This document shows, one piece after another, positions 1-13,025 of a stretch of 64,000 nt of DNA. The notes beneath the pieces were generated by a model, which worked only from the letters and a program-made list of their open reading frames with translations, ran no database searches and was not told where the DNA came from. The stretch is from contig NC_043002.1 in NCBI RefSeq assembly GCF_006345805.1, positions 47,430,001-47,494,000 of the forward strand, given 5' to 3'. The position numbers and the translations under genes are program-made. The DNA comes from Octopus sinensis. Taxonomy: Eukaryota. The first letter of the stretch is position 1, and each line of letters begins with the position of its first letter.

Positions 1-1067
1 CCTATGTTAATTTTGACTGTAGTTACCCCTCTATCTCCTGTCAGCATGGAAAGTAGACAGAAAACAATGATGATGACAACAATGCAACCACTGCTGCCAT
101 CATCAATGTAGGTGGCAGGGATAATGACAACAAAGAGGAATTAGCTGTACTAACTCTATTGAGTTAGTTGTAAACTAGATGAATATGATTTAGCAGTCAT
201 TCATAAACAAAGTATAATATTAGTATAGAGTGTTGAATCATTGATCCTCTGTTTGGTAATATATCATCATTGCCATTTAACATTCACTTTTCTAAGCTAG
301 CATGGGTCAGATGGAACTTGTTGAGGCTGATGTTTGACGACCCAGATGTTCATCTTGTTGCTAACCTTCATTTGTTTCCAAGCAAGCTAATTTTTCCCCA
401 TGACCTGACATGTTTTTCATGAATGATTGAAAACAAACAACATTGCTTGTTTATAACTATCATGTTTATGCTTGTTTATAACTATCATGTGATGTCAAAA
501 CAAGGAGACACTCATATGCGCACGCACACATACACACATATTATACATACATACAGACACACACACACACATATAAATATACATACACACACACTGTATA
601 AGTGTCTTCTATGATTGTTACACAGTGGGATTGAAACTGACTGGGAAGCAAACATCTCATCCATATAGCCATGTCAACCCTGTTATGAATTTATCCATTC
701 GTAAAGCTCAGTCAATTTTCATTGGTTGCTTTTTTAATGTAATCTATGTTTTAAATTATGTCAATGCTAAATCAAAAAAATATAACTGTAATTATAAAAT
801 ATAATTATAGTTATAAAATAAACATCTTGAGAACTTTAGTCATGAATGGCTGCTGTTCATTAAGATTTCAGATTAAATTAAAGGATCATATAATATTTTA
901 AAGCATTTTTAAGGCTTAGTCTAAAGTAAGAAGTGCTTTTTTAATGACCCGTTATCAGGCTGAGTAGATTTTTTTTTTTAAATCACGATTTTGTTTGCCA
1001 TTGGCACAATATTTATTTCTAATATAGATAATGTAAGCAAAAAACTTTTGTTAGAAAATTGATTACA

Positions 1068-1437
1068 CTCTCTTTTACTCATTATTCTTTTACTTGTTTC
1101 AATCATTTGACTCTGGCCATGCTGGAGCACCACCTTTAGTCGAGCAAATTGACCCCAGGACTTATTCTTTGTAAGCCTAGTACTTATTCTATTAGTCTCT
1201 TTTGTCAAACCACTAAGTTGCGGGGCGTAAACACACCACCATCGGTTGTCAAGCAATGTTGGGGGGACAGACACAAACACATAAACACACACATACACAC
1301 ATATATATACATATATACGACGGGCTTCTTTCAATTTCTGTCTACCAAATCCACTCACAAGGCTTTGGTCAACCCAAGGCTACACTAGAAGAGACTTGCC
1401 CAAGGTGCGACACAATGGGAATGAACCCGGAACCATT
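1068..1437 (-). mobile_element. SINE family A copy, 5'-truncated
   Basis: Similar to 3061-3468. Confidence 0.85.
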
Positions 1438-2209
1438 TGTTTTCCTTTTGTCAGTAATTGTTATTTGTTACTTGTTCCTAATTAGAAATTAAAGGAAATG
1501 ACTACTATTCTTTTCAAACTTTGCTTTGGTGTCCTGGACATCAATGTTTTGAAACTGATCTATTTTTCATTACATTTCGGACAGATTCAGTGCTGAGTTG
1601 TTCAAGCAAGAATACCATTATAGCAAATATTCTGCTCAATACCACAGATTTGCTTGTCAGTTGCTTGACCTTAACCACTTGAGCATGTTCCTTAGTGGCT
1701 GACAATATGTGCATCTTTGATGACAAGGAGGTGTAGTGGTGGAGCATCATAACCACGTGTTGTGATGGATTCTTTAGGTTGGAATAAATGTAGGAAAAGG
1801 AAAATTTGGAGGTAATATTAGCCATTTTTCATACTTTCTAGGAGTAAGCAAATAGGAAATAACAATTGCTACCCATGGACAAAAATCGTGTTATTTAATA
1901 ATAGAGAAGCTGTTGAAAATAAGCATGCATATATATATAAAAGATACAGAAATAATTTATTCTCAAATGCATGATAATGTTAATACAATAGCATGAACAG
2001 CATAAACTATCCAAATATTACAGGAAAAAATTGTAATATATGTATTAGCATTATCATGTATTTGAGAATAAATTATTTCTGTATCTTTCAATACATCTCA
2101 ACACTTCTCAAGCAAACTTTGTTTACTTTCATCTTAAGTTGAAGGTATATATATATATATATAATGCCACATTCAATACCCAGCAAATTAAAAAAATGTT
2201 AACATTTAC

Positions 2210-2313
2210 CTATCCATAATTCTCCATCTGTGTCCAGTTTCGTAGCCCCACTAAGTGAAGACCTTTTGATTGGAACAGCATCATCTACTCTAAGAATTCC
2301 TTCTTCTTGGTTT
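2210..2313 (-). CDS. AGRN: Agrin exon: LamG3 (NQEEGILRVDDAVPIKRSSLSGATKLDTDGELWI)
   Basis: ctaacag/gtaaat; 104 nt, phase 2-1; the terminal exon was not found in 1-2209. Confidence 0.93.
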
Positions 2314-3060
2314 CTGTTAGAAATAAAAAAATAATTTTAGGAAATTAGGTAAATAAGAAACACAAAAAAAAACAGCAAAAAAGCAATTTATTTCTGTCAA
2401 TAAGTTAGATTTATTTTTTTTTTTTACAAAAATGATTAAACTATTATAGATTTTCAGGAATTTTTTAAATATTAAAAATGTCCTCATTTATGTAATTTGC
2501 ATATTAGTAGGAAAAGTTTTTGTGTTTTGTTGGTGTGAAGTGGTTTCTTAGGTTAATGAAACTGAAGTAGATAATGCAGTAGGTGATTTGGTAGTTATTC
2601 AAGGACAAACATTTCAATAGTATAGCTAATGTGTTGATGTAGTTGGTGAGATTATAATTAGTGCAAGTGATGTTACAGTTATTGAAGGTCTACAGAAAAG
2701 GTGGTATTACAGGCAATGTAGAAGATACAGCAAATGTTGATATATAATTAATGAAGCTGATGGTAACAGGTGTTGTTATAGCTAATATAGGTGATATAGT
2801 TAGTAGGTCTTTTTGCTGTTTAACCTGAGATTAACTCTGATTGAGCAGAGATATGATCAAAGGTATTGCAGTCATGACTCTCCTGTGTTTTTAGAGTTAC
2901 CTACATTTACACACTTTTTACTGTCTCCTTTCTTTACTCAAAATGTAAGCTGAGAAATATTTGGTATCTAAACAACTAATTAACTAATACAAACTTTTAT
3001 ATATTACAGATTTATTTATAACAAATAACTTTCTCATACAATCAATCAATTTAATTCATA

Positions 3061-3468
3061 TACTCTTTACTCTTTTACTTGTTTCAGTCATTTGACTGTG
3101 GCCATGCTGGAGCACCACCTTTAGTCAAGCAAATCGACACCAGAACTTATTCTTTGTAAGCCTAGTACTTATTCTATCGGTCTCTTTTGCCGAACCACTA
3201 AGTTACAGGGATGTAAACACATCACCATTGGTTGTCAAGCGATATTGGGGGGGGGGACGAACACAGACACACAAACATATACACATACATATATATATAT
3301 ATATATATACGATGAGCTTCTTTCAGTTTCCATCTACCAAATCTACTGATAAGGCTTTGGTTGGCCCAAGGCTATAGTAGAAGGCACTTGCCCAAGGTGC
3401 CATGCAGTGGGACTGAACCCGGAACCATGTGGTTCGTAAGCAAGCTACTTACCACACAGCCACTCCGT
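3061..3468 (-). mobile_element. tRNA-headed SINE, family A (internal microsatellite, (AAAAGAGT)n tail)
   Basis: Head ggagtggctgtgtggtaag...gggttcagtccc (A/B-box-like); several copies in the window. Confidence 0.85.
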
Positions 3469-4293
3469 AATTATATATAATGATTAAATCCTCTTATTTT
3501 CCTGATATTTACAAAGAATTTTATATATTTAATAACCAAAGGATCATTTAATCTACCTATCCAGAGATACATCTAGTTCAATTATAACAAGCACTGGCCT
3601 CAGTATTCAATCTATTACATCAAGTAACTACAAAGAGGCTACCTTACTTGTTCATAAAGTAGTATAGAACAGTAATAGCACTTGTTGCTTTTACAATTAT
3701 TAACAAAACTAGTTTATCTATAGATGACTGTAGTCTGTGAATGCAATGCTAACTAATCCTGATTCTATTGACTTCTACTTTGAGAACATAAGCAAACAAT
3801 AGAAGCACTTCCTTGTTCAGTATGGTCACAATTGATGTAATTTCAAAAGACTAAAACTCTAAGCCAACTATGCATTTCTCATTGTTATTGTTGTTGCTCT
3901 TGTTAAAAGCCCTGATAAGACTTCATTTAGCAGACCTGCAGATAAGTGATAGCTAATCAAAATATAAAATCAATAATATGACCATTATCATTATAGGGCA
4001 TATAGTCCTTTAATTCTGAGACTGTTGAAAGTAAAGAAAGAGAGAATTGGGTGCTAAACTAACCCTATTATTACTACATTCCAGTTGAAATATAATGCCT
4101 TTGTTTCAATTTATTTTGAAAATAATGAAGAATTTAGTAAATTAAATGTGGGTCTTTAGAACATACATCAACATGAAATGTTTATGAAATTTTAGATCAT
4201 TATAAGACAAAAAGATTTTATCAGAGAGCCAGGAGCAGTCTCAGGCAAGTTTGTATCAAAAGGTTGGAAAGGAGAAATAGATTGTCTAAATAC

Positions 4294-4533
4294 CTTTCTA
4301 CTTCAATGACATGCCATTCATTATTTTTAATTTTTAATGTAGAACGAATAATATGGAGGTTTTCTTCTGTTTGAGCTCCAAGGTTGTAACTCAGTTGCAT
4401 TTTCCCTTTCACGAGTGCCACAGCAAAATAATCTTGTCGTACAGTATTGCCTTGGTTCATTATGAACAAGAGTCCACTTCTCTTCTTACTTTTAAAGCGT
4501 AGACGGAATTTATTGGCTTGTTGAGAAGTTTTT
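4294..4533 (-). CDS. AGRN: Agrin exon: LamG3 (KTSQQANKFRLRFKS...DYFAVAL...NNEWHVIEVER)
   Basis: ttttcag/gtattt; 240 nt, phase 2-2. Confidence 0.94.
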
Positions 4534-4933
4534 CTGAAAATGAATGTTGATAAATATGACAGGATTAAAACAAAGATTGGTGAAAAGGAAAGAGATGATC
4601 AAAAATAGTTGTTTTTGTTGTTGTTAAATAGCCCTTGGTAAACCACAATCAACAGATAATTCTTTCTAATTTTTGTACAAGGCCAGCAATTTTGAGGGAA
4701 GGGGATCTCAGTGCTATTTGAACTTAGCATGTAAAAAACCCAGAAGAAATGCTGCTATGCATTTTGTCCAGTACAATAATGATTCTGTCAGCTCACTGTA
4801 TAGGATTTGCACATAAGGCCTTAGCTTCAAGATCATCAATAATATATAGCAAGAATGATGATGATGACAATGATGATACCAATGCAATGTTAATTTACAA
4901 CCTTCTTTCAGCATGTGTAGTCACGTGATGTCA

Positions 4934-5040
4934 TAACAGGTGCTGTTATAGCTAATATATATAACAGGTGTTGTTATAGCTAATATACATAATAGGTGTT
5001 TTTATAGCTAATATACATAACAGGTGTTTTTATAGCTAAT
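4934..5040. repeat. Minisatellite, about 27-bp unit x4 (taacaggtgttgttatagctaatatac)
   Basis: Directly visible; a single related unit lies at 2764-2789. Confidence 0.85.
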
Positions 5041-5297
5041 TGCCCTTCCTTTAAAAGAACAGGGAAAAATACCTTATCTTTTATCTCTGAATATCCTTGC
5101 CCATGGGCATTAACAATTGCTTTCAATTCTCCTAATCAACTTCCCTTCGTTAATATGTTTGCAATTTAGTAACTACAATTATTATTTCTTTTTTTTTTAT
5201 CTCACTTCTAACTTTAACTCCCACCCTCACTTTTAAAATTTGAAATTTGTCAACCTCTTTGCATCCCATAATCCTAGCATTATTATAAACCATCTTA

Positions 5298-5520
5298 TGG
5301 TGGTGAGCTGGCAGAATCGTTAGCGCACTAGATGAAATGCTCAGCGGTATTTTGCCTGTCAGTACATTCTGAGTTCAAATTCTGCTAAGGTCGACATTGC
5401 CCTTTCATCCTTTCAGGGTCAACAAATTAAGTACCAGTGAAACACTGGGGTTGATGTAGTAACTAGTCCCCTCCCCCCAAATTTCAGGCCTTGTGCCTTT
5501 AGTCAAAAGGATTATTATTA
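5298..5520 (+). mobile_element. SINE family B (Meta-domain-like core)
   Basis: B box gagttcaaattc; core tttcatcctttcagggtcaacaaattaagtacc; (ATT)n tail. Confidence 0.75.
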
Positions 5521-5600
5521 ACCATCTCGTTCTCTTTCATTTTCCTGATCTTTACCTTCTCCATTTCTTATTTTACAAATTTGCTAACACTCATTGACTA

Positions 5601-7811
5601 CACTAGTCTGCATGATTTTTTTATTGGCTGTATGGTATCTTTTTCTGAATATATATGAAAAATAATGAGTCATTGTGATTTTTATTCATCTCTATCACAT
5701 CAGGTTGTCAAGTTATACAGAGACATTACTTTTCTCTTTTTGTATAACATAAGTAAATAATAAATTACCGTATATTGACTTAAATGTTAAATCTAATATA
5801 TTTTTCTTTATTTTCAGTCTGTGAATATGTCTAGAGGCTGAATCAATTTACCAGATATATTCTACTATGTCTGAGGACAATTCACCCCTTCAAATTCCCA
5901 GAGAAATATTACTCCTTTGTTGAAGCACTGCTATTTAGCTTATTTTAGCTGCAAACTGGGAGACCAGGACAAGCCATTTGCATCTCACAAAGCTTGCAAG
6001 AGTTGCATCAGTAAGCTTCAAATGTGATCAGTTGGAAAACTTTAATGTATGCTCTTTGGCATACCAATGGTATGGAAGGAGCAGATGAACCACTGCTACT
6101 TTTGTATGACTAAAGTAGCTGGATTCAACAAGAAGACTAGAGATCACATAATATACCAAAATATTCCTTCAGCAATAAAGCCTGTTCCACACTCAGGTGA
6201 GATTCCTGTACCTGTGCCACCCGAGACAAAGGAAATTTCATCAGAGTCTGATATTGGTGATACTAATGAGATGGAAGTAGACTATGAGCCATCAACAAAT
6301 GAAGATCCCAAATTCTTCAACCAAGTTGAGCTCAATGACTTGGTTAGGGACCTTAACCTTCCAAAAGAAAGTACACCGTTACTTGGCTCTAGACTGCAGG
6401 AACACAAGCATCTAGCTCCTGGAACAACATTTGTTTGATGCCATCATCATAAAACAGAGTTCACTTAGTTCTTTAAGAAAGAGGATTCTTTAGTTTTCTG
6501 TTCAAATATTTCTGGCTTTCTTGAACACATGGGGATGTTGTGCAAAGCAGATGAATGGAGGCTCTTTGTTGATTCTTCTAACAGAAGTTTAAAGGCTGTT
6601 CTTCTCTACAATGGCAACACTGCTGCATCTGTGCCAATTGGCCATAGTGTCCAAATGCCAGAAACTTACGAAAATATGAAGACGGTAATAACTGCAATCA
6701 AGTACACAACCACAATTTTCTTATTTGTGATTTAAAAATTATTGCTTTCTTACTAGGTCTTCATGGGGAATAGACTAAGTATCCCTGTTTTCTATGTCTT
6801 TGGGATAGTACGGCAGACAGAAGCACTATGAACAAAAAGACTGGCCACCAAGAACCAGCTTCTTACCTGGAAATCACAATGTGAAAGCTGTGCCACTAGT
6901 TGACCTCCAACTCCAAATTCTGCTGCCACCACTCCACATCAAATTAGGGCTTATGAAAAATTTTGCAAAGGCCCTGAACAAGAATGGAGCTACCGTCAAG
7001 TAACTGGAGTCAAAGTTTCCTTGTATAAGTGAAGGCAAGCTAAAAGCAGGAATCTTTGTTGGTCACTAGATTTGGGAATTGATGAGGAACAAGCATTTTG
7101 AGGAAGCATTAGCAGGTGTCGAAGTGAATGCCTGGTTTTCCTTCAAGAAGGGTGTCCAAAACTTCTTGGGAAACAGCAGCTCCCCAGAATATGAAAAAAT
7201 GATCCAATACCTGATATCAAGTTTCCAAAAACTTGGGTCTAGAATGAGTGTAAAGATGCAATTTTTGCACCTACATCTTGACTATTTTCCCAAGAATTGT
7301 GGGGACTGCAGGGAGGAACTAGGAGGGTGGTTCCATCAAGACATTTGCACCATAGAAACTCGATACAAGGGCAAATGAAATGTTAACACAATGGTGGATT
7401 ACTGCTGGTCATTGAAACGTGATGGTCCTGCTGCACAGCACAAATGGAAATCAAAGTGGTCCTCCTTCCTTTGAATCAATATGTAGGCTAACCATTAGGA
7501 GCATATTTTTTTACATTCATTTGGTTTGATGTTGATAATTTTGATTCATTTCATGATGAACGTGGTTCATTTCATGTTGATTTGGAAAACATATTTTCTT
7601 AAAAGTAACAGAATGTACATTTCCTTGATTACTTGCTTCATTTTAATAAAGCAATGAGTTATTAAAAATTCACGTTTTATTATTATTAATTTGTATTTTA
7701 TTCAGCATCCTCATGTGACAGAGCAAAATGGTTTAGAGATTAAAATCAGCACCCCAAGAATATGTAACATGATATCCATGAATAAATTTTTTTCCCAAAT
7801 GCAAACCAGTG
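5601..7811 (+). mobile_element. Degenerate CMC-superfamily (Chapaev3-like) DNA transposon
   Basis: Termini CACTAGTCTGCA / TGCAAACCAGTG (10/12 inverted match), flanked by cta/tta. Disrupted transposase frames carry EWRLFVDSS...LKAVLL, PCFLC, LPPLHIKLG, FLHLHLDYFP and FHQDI. Family assignment is from recalled motifs. Confidence 0.75.
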
Positions 7812-8220
7812 TTAATTAATTTAACTGTCAAACGCATAAAGTTTGTAACTTCCTCTTCCTTTATTATTTACTATTCTTATGCTATTTCTCTCTCCTTTGC
7901 TCTCTTTTTCTGTTTCTTCCCTATTCCTCCTCTCTCCCGCTCTTTCCCACAACTCCTTATCACTTCAGTACAATCAGAAAATAGCTTCCCTATAAAAGGC
8001 TCTGCATATAACAATACACTTTTTTCTACAACCTCATGACAAATCAATTTATTCCACCGTCAGCAGATTATACATATTGATTGCTAATGTAGACCATCAC
8101 TAATTTCCTTGGATCCCACTTTACTTTAGAACTTAATCAGTTAAAACCTTTAGAAACTTGAAGGTGCTCAAATAGAATTAGGAAGGTAAAATATAGTACA
8201 ATTACAATAAAACCACTTAC

Positions 8221-8293
8221 TTATGATCTAGTCCATTTAGATATGCTAAAAATGTATCTCCTTCAAATTTCAGTTGAGATTTTGTTTCAATAG
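8221..8293 (-). CDS. AGRN: Agrin exon: LamG3 start (IETKSQLKFEGDTFLAYLNGLDH)
   Basis: tccacag/gtaagt; 73 nt, phase 1-2; resembles vertebrate agrin FDGRTFVEYLNAV. Confidence 0.9.
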
Positions 8294-8966
8294 CTGTGGA
8301 ATAGAATATGCACAGAGATTAACAATTGAATAATAATAAAAAAAAACAACGTATATTGTTCTTACCCATTATTCTGATTCAAGATAATATATATGGAAAT
8401 TGATAATTTAAATCAAGAGATTTCATTTCAACACCCTTTCATTACTATATTTTTGTTGAAATATACCACTTCATTTTAATTGATCTTGAAAGTAGTTATA
8501 TATCAAGCAAAAATAACTGATTATTAAACTGTTGTTTGAAATGTAAGGCAACATGTAATTTCGAAGGTTTTAATTTGGATCATTTTAAACAGGAAGTTTG
8601 TATCATAGAACCAGGGGTGGTATAAGTAAGTTAATATCAAAATAGTTATGACTTATAACAAGTTGGAAGATAAAATTGACTATAGAACAGTGTTTATTAA
8701 TTTCCTATTACTTTAAATTATTTTAGAAAAATGCATATGTATGTCAGTGTATATGTAAGAAAGAGGTTTATGATTGACATGTATAGACATTTGTGTGAGT
8801 GTATTTGTTGTGAGAATAAGAGAAAGATGCATAAAAATAAGTATGTAATATTGTATGAAGCAGAAGGAAAGAAAAAGAGCAAAAGGGAGAAAAAGAGTTA
8901 AGTTTATGTGAGTGTATATTGAAAGAAAATTAACATCAAGTTTTGAGTGTTCAAGTATTTACAAAC

Positions 8967-9153
8967 CATTTTGGCATTTGTGACCAGTGAACTGTTTATG
9001 ACATCGGCATTCAGCAATATGAAGCTTTGGAACACAGATGCCACCATTTAAACAAGGATTCTTTTTGCAGGGAGGACCTTTATATTTGGTGACTCCTTTT
9101 GTCTCTATAGCATCTGTGATTAGGTTATCATATAGTTTGTCATTAATGTAGAC
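8967..9153 (-). CDS. AGRN: Agrin exon: LamG2 end plus EGF4 (PCKKNPCLNGGICVP...CRCHKQFTGHKCQN)
   Basis: atttcag/gtttgt; 187 nt, phase 0-1. Confidence 0.94.
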
Positions 9154-10094
9154 CTGAAATAATAAAATATATGATATTTTCAAAATAGGCATAGGCATTG
9201 CTATGTATTTAATATTTCAACCATTTCATGAGGCCCCTCTCCTTCTATCATACAAGCATTGACAGTGGAAAGTCTTAAATTAGGAAAAGAAGTTGTTTTG
9301 TTTAGCCCTAGGTAGCCCTGATTTGGAGCCTCATGATGAACGGCGTTCCAGCAATTAATCATTGCATCTTTTGTTCTAATCTAGTCTGCATTTTCTATAT
9401 GTTCCTCATATTCTAAAATGACAGGTTGTGTTGTTACAGTTGGTTGTATGATTGCCTGATGATGCTTGAGAAGTGCTCAAACTTGAAATCTCTTTCTATG
9501 TGTGCAGCCCTATTATGACAGATGTTACTCTCATTAATGTTACAATTTAATCTGTTGTGCTATATTGTTAGTTGTTAGCTAGATGCTCTTCCCATTGTCA
9601 GCTACTAGCAAATTGAACTGGATGTAATTATCATGGCATTGATGTTACAGTTGTCTTGCAAAACAAAGGGTTCTCTTCAGTCTGGAACTATTTCAATTGT
9701 GGTAATTTTTCTACATGAGTTACCTTTAGTTACACTTATGGAGCCATGTCACTTCGGTGTAGTAGGGCAAAAACTTCTATATTACTAGTGGAACTTTTTG
9801 GACTGCTTAGCTTGCTAGACAGTTTATCTTCATGTCAATGTTAGTGCAGTCATTTCTCCTTTATGTACATGCTGATATCTTTAATTCCAAGCTGTTCTCT
9901 CAGATCACTTACATACTACTTTCCATACACAAGTCAAAGCTGCAAATCCAATGGATCTGCAATGGATTCATATTTTCATATCCAAGTACATGGTAATTAT
10001 TTATCATGCTTAATCTTTCTAAATAATTAGAATTACTTAATAACTAAGACATTTAATTAAACACAAAACTGTTGTATGAAGTAAATGGTTTTAC

Positions 10095-10211
10095 CCGTTG
10101 AATTGCACCATTCAAGCCTTTTTCAATGTTGGTATCACTCGGAACATCAAATATATCTCGAAAACCACCAATAAATATTCTTTGAGCTAAGTTTAATTTG
10201 GTAACTACACC
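10095..10211 (-). CDS. AGRN: Agrin exon: LamG2 (GVVTKLNLAQRIFIGGFR...GLNGAIQR)
   Basis: tttgcag/gtaaaa; 117 nt, phase 0-0. Confidence 0.93.
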
Positions 10212-10598
10212 CTGCAAAGTGATAAGACATATTTTATTGACAATGTACTTTATTATAAAATTTAAAGAAGTTAAAAATATAGCATTTCTGTTTTATGAGC
10301 TTTGTGAAATTATTTACTGAAGTATTGTTGACAATCAGTATCTAGCAAGATATACTTTGAAAAGAAAAAAATTTTCTTTAGCCTGACTTATTTAAAATGA
10401 TATGATACAGAATGAAATTTTACAAAATGAAGAAAATAAGTATTTCTACAAATGCCAAAAATTTGTAACTAAAATGTTTACAACAATGAAGAATGAAGCT
10501 TTTTACAAATTTCATATGGACAAAGAAAAAAATAACAGTTTCTGTAAAAATGAAGACTATATCATATAGCTATTTTGATACACTTTAAAATAACATAC

Positions 10599-10710
10599 AT
10601 CTGATTTTCCATCAGCAGATTTTTCATTATCAATAATCATTTCAATGGTTCGGTGGTGTCTTTTAATAACAACATTGTGCCAACTGTCTAATGATATTCT
10701 TTGGGAGCTC
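10599..10710 (-). CDS. AGRN: Agrin exon: LamG2 (SSQRISLDSWHNVVIKRHHRTIEMIIDNEKSADGKSD)
   Basis: tccacag/gtatgt; 112 nt, phase 2-0. Confidence 0.92.
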
Positions 10711-10859
10711 CTGTGGAAAAAGTAAACATATAGCTTTAGAAAATTTGCATGCAGACAGATGCAAGTAAGGGCTCACGAACATATGCACTCTCAGACACAG
10801 TTTGATAGACATTTTCTAGCATATTCATATATTTATATATGTGTGTGTGTGTGTGTGTA

Positions 10860-11380
10860 TGTGAGGAGAAGTCAAAAATTATCCACATTTTCACCATAAT
10901 ATATCTTTATTATTGTCACATTACCTACTGTACATGCATGCTTATAGTTGGTACTATTGTGGTCAAGTGATCAAAGTTTGAGCCTGATCATACTATTTTT
11001 CTTTCAGGCTTTACAGTGTAAGCATAGCCACTCCACTAGCAACACGTACCAAAGAAGAACAAAGAGTAGTGATCTGATTTCTCTGGTTGGAAGATGTGTC
11101 AGGTGCTGAAATTCATCAGAGGCTTTAAGCACAATATAGGGACAGTGCACTACCATGTAGGAGTGTGTTTGTGTGATTGAGAAGTTTAAAAGTGGCTGGA
11201 CAAGCATGATACATGAAGAGAGATCAGGACACCCATCAACCTCTACCACTGACAAGAAGATTCAGCAAGCTTCAGAGATGGTAATGGTGAACTGGTTCAC
11301 CATTACCATCTCTCAGATCACTGCTCTTTGTTCTTCTTTGGTGCACATTGCTAGTGGAGCAGCCATGTTTACACAGTAAT
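10860..11380 (+). mobile_element. Mariner remnant (5' part, HTH region)
   Basis: Fragment KFKSGWTSMIHEERSGHPSTSTT, typical of the mariner N-terminal HTH; TIR-like gaggagaagtcaaaaattatc. Confidence 0.6.
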
Positions 11381-11519
11381 GCCAGAAAGAAAAATGGCAC
11401 AACCAGGCTCAAACTGCAATCACGTGACCACAACAGTACCAATGATAAGCATGGAGCAATGTTCAGGTTTACCCATTGATTTTTATATTTTCTACTAACA
11501 TACGTACATATGTATGTAT

Positions 11520-12062
11520 ATCTCTCCTGACACATGGGAAGGCATAGCTATTGATCGTAGTAGGTGGAGAAGGATTGTGCACGAGGGGACAGCCACTTTT
11601 GAGAAATCTCGAGTTGCACATGAGAAAGTAAGGTGGGATGTCAGGAAGGGCATCACTGTTACACTTCCAGAAGGGTCTTCCTTTGATTCTGACATGCAAT
11701 GTCTGTGCAAGACCCTGCCTCAGTAAAGCTGGACTCATGAGTCATCTTCGTAGTCATAAAACGAGACAGATGAGTGACAACCTGGCCACTGGTGGTGGTG
11801 TAACACACCATACTAATCATATCTGTCGGGCATGTGGAAGAGAGTGTAATTCGGCAGGAGGACTTAAACGACATGCAAAGGTACATGAAGCCCAGTTACA
11901 ACTACAGCCAGCTATTACCAGTAAAGGTTTTAGTTGCCAATTTTGTACAAGACATTGTAGATCTTTAGCTGGGCTAAAAAAATCACATTCGATCACAGCA
12001 CCAGTAACAGTTAAGCTTCGTGCAATGGCCATACTCGATAAAGAGGGGGCAGCCATAATAAT
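11520..12062 (+). mobile_element. 3' end of an RTE-group LINE with three C2H2-type zinc fingers
   Basis: WEGIAIDRSRWRRIV (RTE C-terminal motif) followed by CNVC..HLRSH, CRAC..HAKVH and CQFC.. fingers, across a frameshift. Confidence 0.75.
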
Positions 12063-12275
12063 GTATGTATGCATGTATATATATATATCGCCATGATAGA
12101 TCGGTAGCCACTACACATTCTTTATTTTCTCTCTTTGTTTCTTTCTGTGTCCCTTTCTGTGGAAGAGCGTAGGCTTGAAATGTTTAAGACATTTTCACTT
12201 CTTGAGCATTAAACTAATACATCTGTTTGTTGTCTACACCACCTGTGTTCGTCTTTTGTGTCTTTTGTGAATTCT

Positions 12276-12306
<31 letters not shown>

Positions 12307-12558
12307 GGTGAGAGAGTTGGTGTGTGAAATCACGTTGTTGGATGTATAAAAAATAAAAAAGAGTGAAAAAACTACAGAAAGCTTGTGTTATAAGGTTAAA
12401 GAATATATTTAAGTCATTATGTTAGAAAAATGTTATAAAATTTTGTGTATAGTAACATAGTTTTTGGAGAAATAACCCATTTCATATAGTCTTTTCAAAT
12501 TTCTCAAATTATAACACAAGCCTTCTGTAGTTTTTTCACTCTTTTTTATTTTTCTTAT

Positions 12559-12591
<33 letters not shown>

Positions 12592-12616
12592 GTGAGTATA
12601 TGTATGTGTGCGTGTG

Positions 12617-12648
<32 letters not shown>

Positions 12649-12804
12649 ATAAACCATGCTATTGAAGAACAAACTTAAAAACAAAGTATTAAAAGTCATG
12701 CATACATGCATGCACACACTCATACACAAATCAGTTGTTTGTGTGATACCGCCACTTTAGAAAAGCAATTCTATAAAACAACTTCAACAGAAAAATATAC
12801 ATAC

Positions 12805-12922
12805 CTAACTTTAGTTGTACCTCCTCCTAAATTGAATGAAAATTCTACGTAATAGTTTTCCAAATTAAGAGCAATAAAATCGCCTTCACCTCCACTGTAT
12901 TGACTGGCATAAAAAAGCATTC
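12805..12922 (-). CDS. AGRN: Agrin exon: LamG2 (GMLFYASQYSGGEGDFIALNLENYYVEFSFNLGGGTTKVR)
   Basis: ctcacag/gtatgt; 118 nt, phase 1-2. Confidence 0.93.
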
Positions 12923-12974
12923 CTGTGAGAGATAAATAAAACAGATATGGACATTGTTAACATATATGTTTGAT

Positions 12975-13025
<51 letters not shown>

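Noticed and set aside
10212-10598. Candidate micro-exons in the y-site intron (for example ttttacag|aaact|gtta)
   Set aside because: Not frame-preserving and weak donors.
11638-12096. Host C2H2 zinc-finger gene
   Set aside because: Contiguous with an RTE C-terminal motif and a retroelement tail, frameshifted, and lacking TGEKP linkers.
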